Origin: Octopus vulgaris
Taxonomy: Eukaryota
Direction of reading: 5' to 3'
Length of the DNA stretch: 64,000 bases
Assembly: GCA_951406725.2 (NCBI GenBank)
Contig: OX597815.1
Location: 87,296,001 to 87,360,000, forward strand
Part shown: piece by piece, positions 39,387-53,400 of the stretch
How positions within the stretch are numbered: the stretch's first letter is position 1
How the letters are laid out: each line of letters begins with the position of its first letter
Notes under the pieces: generated by a model
The model's database searches: none
The model's input: only the letters and a program-made list of their open reading frames with translations
Told to the model about the DNA's origin: nothing
Made by a program: the position numbers and the translations under genes

Positions 39387-40470
39387 TACCATATGTGCTC
39401 GTACATAAATCATAGTTTAAAAACAAAAAAAAAGAGGAAGAGAATAATCTTATGCAACTTATCTACCAAACCTTACTCTAAGCTTAAATTCACAGTATAC
39501 ACTAACACACAGACAAATGATTGAGTATGAAGGGTGAGTTGGTCAAGTCACTATGAATATCAGCTTTTTAAACAAATATATGTTTATGATGTCAGACATG
39601 AAAACAAATTTGACTGCTTAAACAGAATTTGATTCTGCTACAAAACAAACACGTAGGTGATATTATGCAGTCTCATGAATTTATTTACATACACGCACAC
39701 ATTTCCTCATATGCATAACATAAAGGCAGAGTTCTCTTTTCGACAGCTATAATCCTAATGCTCACTAGATACTGTATATATACTGTCAGTCAATCAGGAG
39801 TGGCAATTTAAAACCATTTGCTAACCTGTTTCTTCCAGGTTTGATCACAGAAATACATTCGCTCTGATATCTGTGCTTCTGAGACTTTGTAAGGCTGATT
39901 TAGCAATAATTGAGATAATTTCAACTAATTGTTTTTAATCCAGTCACAAGTAAAGTTATAAACAGTATTCACAATTTATGAACAGGTCAAAGATTGAAAC
40001 CAAAATATTATAAACACAATGCCAGGGCTGCTGACTGGCTCCCGTGCCGATGGCACATAAAAGCACCTTCAAGTGTGATCGTTACCTGCGTCACCTTACT
40101 GGCACTTATGCCAGTGGCACGTGAAAAACAACATTCGAGTGAGGTCATTGCCAGTGCTGCTGGACTGGCTCCTGTGCAGGTGCCACATAAAAAACACCAT
40201 TTGAGCATGGCCGTCACCAGTACCGCCTGGCTGGCCCAAATGCCAGTGGCACGTAAAAGCACCCACTACACTCTCGGAGTGGTTGGCATTAAGAAGGGCA
40301 TCCAGCTGTAGAAACTCTGCCAGATCAGATTGGAACCTGGTGCAGCCATCTGGCTCACCAGTCCTCAGTCAAACCATCCAACCCATGCCAGCATGGAAAG
40401 CAGATATTAAACGATGATGATGATGACAAAGGTGTGACTTATCTATATTGCTTAATACAAAATATCAGTT
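39387..40470 (+). mobile_element. Non-autonomous relative of the pogo-like element at 4312-6454, interrupted by an RTE module
   Basis: Begins taccatatgtgctcgtacataaatc (pogo-like terminus). Positions 39520-39700 align with 4435-4620 and 39765-39975 align with 6160-6360. The right end is uncertain. Confidence 0.65.
40019..40425 (+). mobile_element. RTE-related 3' module with four ~65-bp internal units and (GAT)n tail
   Basis: (g/a)tgcc.gtggcac.taaaa units at 40044, 40108, 40174 and 40240, then cactacactctcggagtggttggcattaagaagggcatccagctgtagaaac...aaacgatgatgatgatg. Confidence 0.9.
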
Positions 40471-43254
40471 TGTTTTTGCTTTTTAATTTTCTTTTTTTAC
40501 ATTTGTAGACAAATTTACATGTAGATTTATTCATTTATTTTTAATTCTGTGATATAGTTTACTTCTCATATGATAATCAACTAATTATGACATTTGTAAT
40601 CAGTATAGCTTGTAAAATTTTCTTATACTGTATTTTACAATGCATAGTTTTGTCTGAAATATGTCCCCAGATATTGCAATGATGTTTCTGTCATTATAAA
40701 GAAAGAAAAGTCAAATTCAAAGTGGAAGAAGAAAAATATATTTTCTAATCACTAGTGTTAATTCATTTCTGTCATTTATGAATCCAAAGAACAAAGAAAG
40801 AGATAAAAATTAATAAGTTTTAAAGATAAAAAATTTATTGGTTACATATATCTAACCCTTCATTATTATTTCTTTATATATCCCAAGCAAAGTGTGAAAT
40901 AAACAGTTGCTTTCATTTTTCAAGAATTCAAATAGTAATCAGTATAACAAGAAAGGTAATTAATAATGTATCCATTCATTCTCAATAAATTCTAGTTGAT
41001 TCAGACATGGATATCTAATCACTGTTGTCCAATCCAAGCTAGAATCGAACATGAACACTAAATGGTGGTGGGGTTTTTTTTTTTGGGGGGGGGGGGTGTT
41101 ATTAGAGAAGGATATGTTAATACACAACACTCCAAGTAAAGGTTTAGTGTCTGCTAAGGTTTAGTACTAAAGGCAAAGATTAACTGAATATTGTCAGATA
41201 CAACAGCTGTGAATTCAAGAGCTGGGCAACCTTATCACATAGCCAGGACTTCAAACGTTACTACTGTGATTTACCCTGGACAGAGCATTTTACTTTTGCC
41301 TCAGTGTGCCTGGCTGAGAACATACTGTATTCCTACTTTAGGTTGATTGCATGGACAGCATCCAGCTGCAAAAATAAATTCCTCCTATTTTCAAAAACTA
41401 TGCTACCCAGACTGTCATGGTCAAAATGAACATATACAAACATTTCTAAAACTGATAAAAGGGAAAGTATTATCAAATTGCTGATTCACTTCATATGATA
41501 CAGTTATTTTACAAGTCATTTCTAAAAATTATGTCAGCTCTTTAGCAATAATAAAATGTTGAGGCTGTTATTATTGATGAGAGTGCTGTTACAATGTTTG
41601 CATCTTAGCTATAATCAACCTGTCATTATCAAGAGTAAACACTTGCCTGATACAAAGTTTAAAATTTGAGGTGAACATTTTTTTGTTAAACAGTTGCTAG
41701 TTGAGGGTGAATTGACAAGAACAATGACAGGTTGAGTACAAAGAAAATTCCTTGTTGATTTGCTCACATTGTTGTGGTGTTGGAATGAAAGTTTTACACC
41801 TCTGCAATCAGATAAACATCTGAGTCACTGTTTACTGAAGTACTCTAAAAGAACCATCTCTAAAACTAATCAATTCTTATAGTATTACTGCTATCAACTC
41901 TTAAATGAAATACAAAATAAAGCAAGGCATGATCCTATGAAATAATTATAAACTAATGAATTATTCACAAGTTCATCATCAATGTTTTGAAAGAAAAGAA
42001 TATCAACAATGTATTAAAGTTAATATTACATAGTGTACAGTACAAACTGTATATTTTTATAGTGGTATGCAAATTCATGTACATCTAATGGTTTCTAACT
42101 TTGGCAAAATGGAACAATTTGGGGAAGGGATATAATCAACTGAATTAAATCAATATACTACCGGTTTTTGTTTTATGAAAGCTGACTTAAGAGGAGATTT
42201 GAATTCAAAATGTAAAGGGACATAATTAAATACCACAAGACATTTTGTCCAATGCACAATTGTTTATAACCATACAAGAGAAATATGCTCCGGTTATAGA
42301 AATCAGATAACTTAAGATACATTCGACAATTAAAAGCACTATATCAACCAAGTAAGACAGCAATGCATCACAGATAACATTACCAGAACACCAAAGATAC
42401 TTGTTATACCTAAGTGATGTGAGATATGAAAAATTAAGTACCTTTTCTATAGCTACAAAGAAATTTCTGCAGTGAATACAAATGCATGAACTATGAGCTG
42501 AAAATGTATTCAAGGGACTGTGAAAGAGCAAAAAGGAGAAACAGAGTCATAAAGTGGGAGAAGAAGATGCAAAAGGGAAAGAGAAGATGAAAGGAGAGAG
42601 GAAAAATATCAAGGGATGGAAGGAAAGACAGAGAAAGTATAAGAAAGATAGAAGCAGTGAAGGGCAAAAGAAAGAATGGAGAGAACTGTCAACATCAAAT
42701 GGTAAATAAGCATGCAAAATATATGAAGATATTAAATACAGACATTCAGCAACGAATATCATTATATTGCTCAACTTTCTGTCCTTAAAAGAATGAAGCA
42801 AATGAAAAAAAAAAAAGTGCTAACAGATTTGACATCCAGAGAGGTGGTGAAAATTGTACAAAAAGCAATTAAAAGAGCTTTATTTGCAAACAAAAGTGGA
42901 CAGTATTTACAAAGAACAATAATAAGTACATACACTGTGTGTTGTCACTGTTCTGAAACAATTGTAATTTGTGAAACACTTAACAACTAAGCTGAAACTA
43001 ACACATAGGCAAAAACTTGTTTGACAAACATTTCAGCTTGTTAGGATAGATCATTGGTTTAATATAAGTAACTTTCAAAGCAATTGAAAGTGAAGTAAAT
43101 GAATCTCAATCAGATTCAAGAAGGAGCAAAGTCATTGAATTAGCAAGTATGTGACTGAGTATTCCACTAATACTTGTACACTTTAATTCTTAAGCAGAAT
43201 CAGCAAGACAGTGTGATAAACCTGAACCTTTGAATTTCATGTACAAGCCATTCA

Positions 43255-43644
43255 ATGGACTTCCACAGTTTCCTTCTATCGAATTTAAGTCACAAGGTTT
43301 GGGTTAATCTGAGGCTATAGTAAGAGGCACTTGTCCGAGATGCTTCAAAGAAGGATCAAACTTTGAGATCCCATAATTACAACTTTAACCACTCAGTTGT
43401 GTTTTTCTATTTTTTAACTTCACTCCCTTCGTTTGCCTTTCATCCTAATTACTGCAAAATTTTTTAAATGCAAAACATGTACATGTGCACACACACACAC
43501 ACATTTATATATGACTGGCTTCTTTCAGTTTCCATCTACCAAATTCATTTGGAAGGTTTGGGTCAGTCTGGGGTTGTACTAGAAGACACTTGACCAAGAC
43601 GTCATGCAATGGGACAATCCAAGACCACATGGGTGGGAAACAAG
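43255..43644 (-). mobile_element. Two partial SINE family A copies, inverted (about 43255-43400 and 43512-43644)
   Basis: ggcttctttcagtttccatctaccaaattc...agaagacacttgaccaag...gggaaacaagcttttcaaccacacagccac. Confidence 0.8.
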
Positions 43645-44027
43645 CTTTTCAACCACACAGCCACATATACAATAAAATTCTATCTTCTATTACAAGATTT
43701 TAATAACTCTAGAAATGGTCTAATTTTCAGCAACATATTTTCCTTAGTAAATATTGAAAAACATTTACCATATCAAATTGACAGTAACAGTTAGACATTT
43801 GCAAGACCTTCAATCAAAAGTGGTATAAATGTTGTATAGAGATGTATGATTAATACATTGTGAGGAATTTATAAGAAACAAGAAATGTCAGAATTTATAG
43901 AGATCCTTTCCTAGCTAAGGATTCCCAAGGGGGAAACAAATTTCATTAAGAAATATGAAATTATCCTCTAAAACAAACAAAAAAAAACATCTAAAAATGC
44001 CAAATATTTTTTTTTTAAATTCATCAT

Positions 44028-44338
44028 CAGGAGTGGCTGAGTGATAAGAAACTTGCTTCCCAACCACATGGTTCCAGGTTCAGTCCCACTATGTGGCACT
44101 TTGTGAGTGGATTTGGTAGACAGAAACTGAAAGAAGCCCGTCGTGTGTGTATGTATGTATTTGTGTGTCTGTGTCTGTGCCCTCACCATCACTTGACACC
44201 TGATATTGGTGTATTTACAGCCCCGTAACTTAGTGGTTCAGCAAAAGAGACTGATAGAATAAGAACTAGGCTTACAAAGAATAAGTCCTGAGGTTGATTT
44301 GTTTGTCCGCAGTCAACTGACTGAAACAAGTAAAAGAA
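44028..44338 (+). mobile_element. SINE family A, relatively well preserved
   Basis: caggagtggctgagtgataagaaacttgcttcccaaccacatggttccaggttcagtcccac...gtccgcagtcaactgactgaaacaagtaaaaga. Confidence 0.9.
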
Positions 44339-44643
44339 TCGCAAGAGCTAGTTACTCGACTAGAAATATGTAATTTTTAAAGTGTCTAAATTCTTGGCAG
44401 GAAATACAAAAAAAATATAATGATGTAAATACATGCAAATACTTTGTGTATAGTAATAGTAATGAGATAAATGATAAAAGTAACCTAGAATATCTGTTGA
44501 CCTACAATGTCACTACACAAAACTGGTAGTAGTACAAGTCTATGAAAATGATCAACAGGTGATATATTTGATTTCATATAAATTCATTAATAGCACTTAA
44601 GATTCTTGAAACTAATAACTTATTACTTGAGATTATAAGTATA

Positions 44644-45025
44644 TCTCTCTCTATATAAACGGCAGTTTGTCTGTCTGCGTGTCTGTGTGTCTGTTAGGTT
44701 GTACCCTCACCCTGACCACGGCTTTCAACCGATTCTGATGAAACTTGACACACACATAGCCCAATGTCATAATTCAAAACTAACGCAGCGAAAATTTTGA
44801 AAAGTTCCCCCAGTTCTGAAAAAAATCGATAAATTCGACATGGGGTCGAGAATCAGAAACACAAACCACAGACTGTCTAGGGGATGCAACTCGACCTTTT
44901 TAACTCTCAAAAAAATTACTATCATTTTTTTCCCATTTTTTTGCTATTTTTTGGCTATAACTATCTAAAAATGCTTTATAATTATTTCCCTTACAAACCC
45001 GAGCAACGCCGGGCGATACTGCTAG
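44644..45025 (+). mobile_element. Non-autonomous Helitron (382 bp), young
   Basis: Inserted between A44643 and T45026 with no TSD. It has a 5' TC, a 3' hairpin cccg-agcaacgc-cggg (44998-45013) and a terminal CTAG (45022-45025), and is CpG-rich compared with its flanks. Confidence 0.9.
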
Positions 45026-45329
45026 TTATACATAAATGCATGGACATACATACATCTTTACATGAACATAGATGCATATACTTACATACATGTATGTAAT
45101 AAAAATTAGAAGAGGATTTTGCGATGAGCTCAGCTCTTACACTGAGCAGCACAAAGACACAATGCATCATAAACATCAAATAACTTTGGATAGGTTCTTT
45201 ACTTCTCAAGCAGATATTGATAATGATGAATTGTAAGACAGAAAATAGTGTCCCTCATCTTCCCATAACTCTTATTCACCACCAGCCCTCAAGCAACATC
45301 TTTTATGCTAAGAACGTTCTCAATTACGA

Positions 45330-45365
<36 letters not shown>
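45330..45365. repeat. (ATT)n microsatellite
   Basis: Direct reading. Confidence 0.95.
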
Positions 45366-45366
<1 letters not shown>

Positions 45367-45607
45367 TATTCCCATACACATTTCTCTTAAAATGTTATTA
45401 TGTACATAATGTAATATGTAGGCTCAGAAATTCTATATAAAAAAAAGTCATGCTGCTTCATTTTGTTTTTTCTTTATTTTTCCTCCCCCAAAAATCATCA
45501 GAACGCATCTTAATACACTTTTATCAGATATTAAGCATGACAAACTTAAATAAATATGAGTTTAAAAAAAAAAATGTCCAATTTCTCTGAAATAGATAGT
45601 TAATTCT

Positions 45608-45643
<36 letters not shown>

Positions 45644-45689
45644 TCCTTGTTAAGTTTAAATATATTGTCCCCGTTACCTCTTTCATAAC

Positions 45690-46440
45690 TTCTTATTTCA
45701 TAACCACTGACCTTCTTTCCATTCATTCTCTTCAGCTTATTTTTCTATGCTCACCTGTGTAACTAACTTTCCACAAGAAAGTGATCCACCTACCATGCAG
45801 TCTCATAGTCTTATGCAAGACTAAACCTACAACGATCATGAATATTATGCTTACACATGACAATGTCAAGAAGATGGCCCAGTGTCAATCAAAGATGCAT
45901 CCTAGTATCTTGAGGTTTCTGACAAGACAGTGATTTAGCTATTATGAGACCTTGAGACCTAAATCTATGCTACACCATGTATGGTAATCCCAAACGATTC
46001 ATATTAAAGTCTTCAAACAGAATGATGTTTCCTAGATTCTCATAAAATATAGATAGATTCTGCTGTTGAATACAGTTGGTGTGTAAAGAGAGGAAAGGAT
46101 CATGTCATGCCAGCAATACAGCAGTAAACAGTTTAATAATTCAATTACCCACATGGATAGCAACATATTTTATATAGCAGTTTATTAATTAGGTTCTTTC
46201 TAATTGCACAGCAAACACCTCCACCCACCCACTTTTTTTTATAGCTAGTCTCTAAGTCCCAAAAGCCACAATCACAACTCAGTTCAATTAGCTGGCTTTT
46301 CTCTGACAATTGTGCATCTGAAAGGGCAATAATTTCAATCTTATATTGGTTAAGCTCACCTACAATGAGGGCAGTTTGGCATTCAAGGCTCTCAAAACTT
46401 TCATTATCCAGTAAGGTTCTCACATTCCGACAGAACATAC
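45690..46440 (-). mobile_element. RTE (BovB-like) LINE 5' region, APE endonuclease remnant
   Basis: ORF 46145-46438 reads NVRTLLDNES...QTALIVGELNQYKIEIIALSDAQL...GVCCAIRKNL, matching the RTE pattern WNVRTL...TAxVxxELxRYxIDIAALSETR...GVGFAI. Confidence 0.82.
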
Positions 46441-47504
46441 ATAGATTTACTGTTTGTTTATATATTTACTCTTGTTGCTCCTATTGAAATAAATAGCTGT
46501 CAGCTGTAATAAACTAACGTTGAAGAGTAAGTAATGTTTGAAACACCATTTCTAGCCCTATCCCAAAAATTTGGAGAGCAATGCACTCCTTCAAATAAGG
46601 CTAGTCAGATGCAAGAGATTTTTCCAACTTCATCATAGTGCCATATTATTCAAGATAAATCAAAACAATGTTAAATCTCTTGCCACCTAATGTACTCGTC
46701 AAGTTCGCATACTTTGCCAATTCCCCAATGTTAAAGGATAGCAAGGTTAATAGAGATTTTCAGTGGCATAAAGCATTGTAATGATACAAAATAAAGGCTA
46801 TAGGAATCAAAGTACAAATCACATTCCAGAAGTTTTGAGACATTTTCAGGAAAGCCACTCATTAATTTTCAAGAAGTACAAAACTCCAGCTCCTTAGACG
46901 TATAACAATGATATACTAAAATTAGTCTAGGATATACTGCCTCTCCTAAAAAAAAGTCACAAAACCTGTGGAATACACCTTGTACTATAACATTAGAAAG
47001 TACTTGTAAATCATCAAGATTATACTATCAGATAATTAAACAAGATTATAGCACTATGTATTAGTCAGCATGACCTAGTAGACCTAGTAAAGAAAACATC
47101 AAAATTAGAGCACTAACTGCAGGTTTTATATCAGAATTTCCTTTTCCTGATTTTAACCAACTAAGGTTACCTACAAAGACAGCAGGAGTTTCATTTTGGA
47201 ATTTTCCATCTCCTAGATGAATGTGCTACTAGATATAGAGGTCCATCACACCCAGAAGTTTAACTGCAATCTTGACCCTTAACTGAAGTACTTTTTTATC
47301 TCCACATATTAATGCCAAACAGCCATTGTCCTTAAATTGAGTTCCTATTTGGCAGATCTTGTTTCTTCTGGGTTTCTAGCAACCCTCTTCACCAAGCAAA
47401 CTTGATGGAGGAGCCAGTTTAGTTACCAACAAACCAACCACATAACAGGTTGTACTAGATTACATATTACTTGTATCAATCACAAACAATGTGTATGTAT
47501 GTGT

Positions 47505-47991
47505 GTATAAGCATCAGATGTAGTTTGCAAGAGAGAAGAATGTGCTCGTATGGTCATGTATTGTGTATGGACAAGGACAGCTGTGTAAAGAAGTGCCAAT
47601 CTCTAATTGTGGAGAGAACCTGTGGAAGAGGTAGACCCAGAGAGACATGGAACAAGATGGTGAAATATGATCTTTAGTTGCTGAGTCTCACAGAGGTGGT
47701 GACAAGTTACAGAGACTTCTAGTAAATTTATGGTGCTTGACACGTAAACAGCACCTGTGCTGGAGACACATAGAGGGCACCCATGCTGGTAACATGTAAA
47801 AGGTACCGGTGCCAGTGACACATAAAAGATACCCAGTACATTCTTTGTAGCAGTTGGTGTTAGGAAGGGCATCCAACCATAGAAACCAAGCCAAAACAGA
47901 CGACTGGAGCCTAGTACAGGTCTCTGGTTTACCAGCTCCAGTAAACAGTTTAAACCATGCCGGCATGGAAAACAGATGTTAGATGATGATG
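47505..47991 (+). mobile_element. RTE LINE 3' fragment with tail
   Basis: IRCSLQERRMCSYGHVLCMDKDSCVKKCQSLIVERTCGRGRPRETWNKMVKYDL, followed by the ggtgttaggaagggcatcc module and gatgatgatg. Confidence 0.9.
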
Positions 47992-50061
47992 ACCTCACAC
48001 ACACACACAAATTTGTTAAGTATATGTTTGTTTTCTGAAAACTATACAGCTTAGGTTAAAAGACAAATTACTTTTAAGTAGGTGAAATGACTGCTATGTC
48101 AAGCAAGAGCTGTAAACTTGATAAGGTAATTTTTTCCCAACTTAAACCATAAAATGTTACTGAATAGATAGCAGAATGGACAAGCTCTAAATTAATATTT
48201 TAAAATAACAGTTCATTAGGTATATATTAGTATTACTATGGAAATGTTCATAGAATCAAAAGTAAACATCAAAATATTGACAGGATATCTTAATCAGACA
48301 GCCTATACGCCACTTGCAAGACATAACTCATTTTGTATATTACTTATTTTACATTAAACTGACTTATTCAAACTTTTCTCAGTATCCACTAGCTCCATCA
48401 TCTTGACTGAATTCTGCAGGTCTTCCACTCTTTGTTATCCATATCTTATTTTGAAACAGTGTCTAACTTCTATGTATTTTCATCATAGATTTCAACCCGT
48501 CATTTTTCAGTGGATGCAACACAGTATCTTCATCACCAAAATGAGAGTTCTCAAAAAAGGAGCCAACTGCCATGAATCACACTTCGGGTAAACAATAAAA
48601 AAAATTTTTACAAAAAAAAAAAAAGGACCCATCTTTGTATGTAAATTTGTTTGTATATGTATGTACATACATACATGTACACATGTGTTGGAAATCATAA
48701 GGGTTGCTGTTTTCCATTTCTCTATACTAAAGCTTCACACAGTTTCAGTTTAAATGAAATCACATAAATGATCTAACTTAATTATGAATTCAAATGAGAT
48801 TTACTAATAATTAAATACTAGTTTTCTTGCAGTCGCCTTCATGTTGTATTGGCTGATTGCAATGTCAGGAGAGCACAGAACTACAGCCTTTGGAGACTTT
48901 TTGTTAACTACATTCCATATTAATTAATACAGCACCAAGCCATCCAAATGAAGCTCTATTTCAATCAACATAGAATTAATTGTTTATTTATAACTTACTT
49001 CTTAACAGCTGCACATAACAGCACTTTAAAATATATATTTCATATTACTTCATACAGGCAAGCTGGTATCAAATAAATATTCACTCCAATGATAGTAACT
49101 TACTCTAAAGATATGCCCTTTTTTTTTCACATTATCACCTTTTAATATATTTGATCATTTCAGATACTGCCTTGTTTCATGCCTTTTTTTCTCTCATTAG
49201 ATATAAAGCTCCCTTGTATCTAACTGTCCTTTATGTTGTGATAGTTTCCCTATTTAGGTTTTAGATAGTGGAATGATCTACAATCTAAAACTAGAAGATT
49301 AACTGCTTCCAATGATCCTCTGCAACTTCCAAAATGAAAACTTAGTTCTACAATATATTTCAAGCTTTGGAAAAATAAAGATTTATATCACATTTTCCAC
49401 TATGTGAATCTCTATGATACAGAATCATTATACAAGTTATATATCAAGAATAAATCTAGCATTCACCAAAACGTTTTATGCAATAGCTTCATATTGTCAC
49501 TGACTGTTTATTAGCTTCAAATCAAAACTACTTTTGAGTTCTAATGACAGTAAAGGCAAATACACCCTGGCAGAATCTGATATAAGAATAAAAGATTAAC
49601 TAAACCACAAATTGGAAAAAACGAAAATATGCTAATCTAGCAAACACTTCTGAATAATTTTACATTCACAACACACCATCTATTATTATTATCCTTGATC
49701 AATATCATAAAATAAAAATTATCTGGCACCTGAAGCAGAGACAAAGGAAACTAACAAACAAAAATATAAATAAACATACTTCAATTAATTATTCCAGAAA
49801 CTTCCTTCAAAACAGTAAAAATGTGAATTGAAGAAAAAAAACAAGGAATGGGCTTGGTTAAACAGTGAGAAATATATCAAAATGTGAAAAGATTTCACTT
49901 TTTGCTTATGGAGAATACACATAAGTAGAAGTGGTGAGAGTGAGGAAAAACAAGTATTTAATACAAAGCTTTGTGACATTTCCAACAACAACTCAATGCC
50001 TTCCACCAAATCCTGTATAGCAAGCAAGGTAACTAAGACTGTGTGTGTGTGTGATATATTG

Positions 50062-50447
50062 CAGGTGCAGGCATGGCTGTGTAGTAAGAATCTTGATTTC
50101 CAACCACATGATTCCAGGTTCAATCCCACTGCATGGCACATTGGGCAAGTGTCTTCTACTATAGCCTCAGGCCAGCCAAAGCCTTGAGAGTGGAGTTTGA
50201 AGATGGAAACTGAAAGAAGCCCAATATATATATATATATGTATGTATGTGTTTGACCCCCTTCACTGTTTCACAACCAGTGTTGGTGTGTTTGCATCCCT
50301 GCAAATTAGTGGTTCAGCAAAAGAGACTAATAGAATAAGTATCAGGCTTTAAAGCAAAAAAGAGACTGGGGTTGATTCATTTGACTAAAATCCTTCAAGG
50401 CGGTGCTCCAGCATGGCCATAGTCTAATGACTGAAACAAGTAAAATA
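50062..50447 (+). mobile_element. SINE family A, full length
   Basis: caggtgcaggcatggctgtgtagtaag (A-box-like), ggttcaatccc (B-box), ttgggcaagtgtcttctactatagcctc (CORE-like), ending aaggcggtgctccagcatggccatagtctaatgactgaaacaagtaaaa. Confidence 0.92.
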
Positions 50448-53400
50448 TGAAAGAGCAAGATAATATGCCCAATTGGCTGAAAAGTGTAAAATGGATACAT
50501 ATATCAAGAAGAGTGAGAGAAATATCAATGGAAAAAATCCATTATACATTTTAGAATCAGTACAAATCTTAACTAACATATGAAGTAAATAATAAATCTT
50601 GAACTTTAAAGACATACACACATAGAGACAACCTCAGAGAAAGAGAGAGCAAGTCAAATCAAATTCAGAAGACAGTATTATACAGAGAAATTGATTTCAG
50701 AGTTAAGAAATGGATTAAAACATTGAGTGCAGAGGAAACCAGTCAGTCATTTTAAGATTAACTTTGTAAAAAATAGTTAACACATTCAAGAGCATATTAC
50801 AATTTCTATATATAAAAATGGTTAGGGTTCATGAAAGTTGTATAAATGAATATAACTAAACAATAGAATGATATCAGAACTAAAAAGGAACTTGAGTCTA
50901 TCCTTATGTAAAATACATTATTATAGTTGTCACCCTTTCACAATATGCAATCTGCAGGTTGAATATTTTAACTTATTAGAATTACATTCCTGACAAAACA
51001 TCTGTTAATTCCATTCACTCCTGCACAATCAGACTTTGTGATTTCATGAAGTCATTTGTTTCGACTTATGGTTTTTTATGTGAAGAAAACATTTTGAGAA
51101 GTGACACCTCTCTCAACCTACCATAAATTTCATCTTTGAGAGCCAAAACAAATATAATTACACAATGTGGAATTCAAATTTTACTATAATGAAGCTTTTA
51201 TAATTTTGTGTGTATGCATTAGTGTGCTTAAATCTTTTACTTATTTAACTTTTGTAGCAGCATATTTGAACCTATAAACAGAAGTTATCTAAGTCATAGC
51301 TGTGCTATTTGGCACTGTACCATGAATATAACAGATGAGGTAATGTGTCTGTTTGAAAAAACAAAATGTATCTCATGAATTATCTCCAGAAAACCTTAGC
51401 TGAACACCAGTTTCTGAAATTAACTGGGGGGAAGAGTAAATCTACCTCTGGATAGGATACTAGTTATCACAAGTAACTTTATTAGAAACATGTAAGTAGC
51501 ACCTACTCTCTAAATGACTAAACCAAAGCATATAGAATTAAATGGCCTTGTCAGAGACATAATGAAAGACTAGCAGCAGGTATGAACCAGCAATGAAGAA
51601 GTAATCCCATACTTTATCCAATCAATCATTTTGCCTTTTCTGACAATAAAAAAAAAAAAGATACTCGCTACAAGGATACTAACTGTCATGCTAGGATAAA
51701 GCTACAAGAAATACAAAACAATCTACATGCCAAAATAGAGAAATAACATTGAATATAATCAACATTTGGAGAAATTATTTGTAAATCAAAAGAAACTGGA
51801 AATAACTTACAAAAAAAAATCAACCACAAAGACCATAGATTAATTTTAATCAACTTTAGATCTCAATAACCAGATCTGAGGAACCAAAATCTAAGAAAAT
51901 GAAAGCACAACATACCTCCAGTAATATACAGGGATTTCAATGACAATTCTTAAAAGGGTGAATAAGGTAGCTTTTGTTGGAGCAATCATTTTTACAGATG
52001 GCTACCCTTCATACCATTAACCATTTTACAATAAAGCAAGTGAGGAATCTGTTGGCAAGATAAACTTGGAAAAGCAAATTTATGTGCATTTCCTAAAACT
52101 ACAGCACAATGATTGCAGTAAAATCTGAATATATAACCATGTAGTCAGTGAATAGTTCAGTACATTAACATCAACCATAGCACATTACATTACTTTCTTT
52201 ACTTTATTCATTAGTCAAAAGTTGTGCCTATAGATAGAAAATACATAAAGGACAAAAATGAAAAAAAAAAGAGCCAGCCATTTAGATGAAAAGACTTAAC
52301 ATGATAAAGCTGCTGAAAGCTTTACTGTTTACCCAGATTTTTAAAAAAATTATTTTGAACTGAGAAAATACTTTGAAAGGAGCAGAAAATAACATAAAAG
52401 GTGAGGTTGATAAAGCATAATGACAAGTACAAGTATTGATAAACAAAAAACAAGAACATCAGAAAATTACAAGATAAAAAGAAAATCCTAAAATAGTTAC
52501 TCAATTCAGAAAGGCAGGAAAGTTGAAATTCAAGGATTGAAGCAACTCTATATATCTTTAGATACTGACTGCTAAAAGGTACACAATAATGCTACTTTGT
52601 GACAAAATTCTCTATGGTTGCTCAATCAACCAGACTTTTGTGAATTTATACTTTTGTTCTCAATGTCAGTAGGTTGACAATTTCAGGTTCAGAAATGCAA
52701 ATGAAATCATTGAGTTATACAATAGTAATTTTATATGTTCAACATTTTTCAGAAGTCTATAGTTAAAACACCAAGTTGTACTATCCTAATGCAGATAGTT
52801 ACAAATCTCTCCCATTTAATAACTGTGACATGTAACATTTCAGACATTTAGATGTCTGAATGGTTGGGTGTGACTTCCTATAAGTACATTAATGGTTATC
52901 AACAATTATAATAAAACTTCAGAAAAACAAAGGTACTAGCATAAAAGCAAAATAAAGAAAATAACAATTACACAGTTCAGAAACATTTTGTTTTATGTTG
53001 CTTGTATTACATCTGTATTTGCAAGCTGACAAGGATCAGAAATCATCTATTTAACTAATTCTTTTTCCTTATTTATCACTGTTCTCCATAAACACTTCTA
53101 ACCATCAGTAATTATTAGTCCTAAATATGTCCAGGCCAATTCATTCTATATCTTTTAGCTTTTAAGCAGAAACATTTTTGCTATTTAGCCCCAATCCACC
53201 TCTGATCAAGCAAACTTATGATCAAACATGTTCTAGTCATGACCATTCTGTATGCTTATATTTATTTTCAAACAGTGTATCTGAGACTACATTATCCAAC
53301 ATGTTCTTCCATTTCTTATTTTTTAAGGCAACAGAGTATGATCTGAGAGTTAGCTGCCATTTCTAGCAGGTTGAGCAACCATCAAGTTAACACAGACAGG

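Noticed and set aside
47160-47195. Recursive splice site candidate on the minus strand (ctcctgctgtctttgtag|gtaacc). Weaker ones at about 17240, 35880 and 45755
   Set aside because: The regenerated donors or polypyrimidine tracts are weak, and such matches are expected by chance in 41 kb.
50062-50135. tRNA genes at SINE heads (also 55812 and 44028)
   Set aside because: A/B-box-like motifs are present, but there is no full cloverleaf and each continues into a SINE body.
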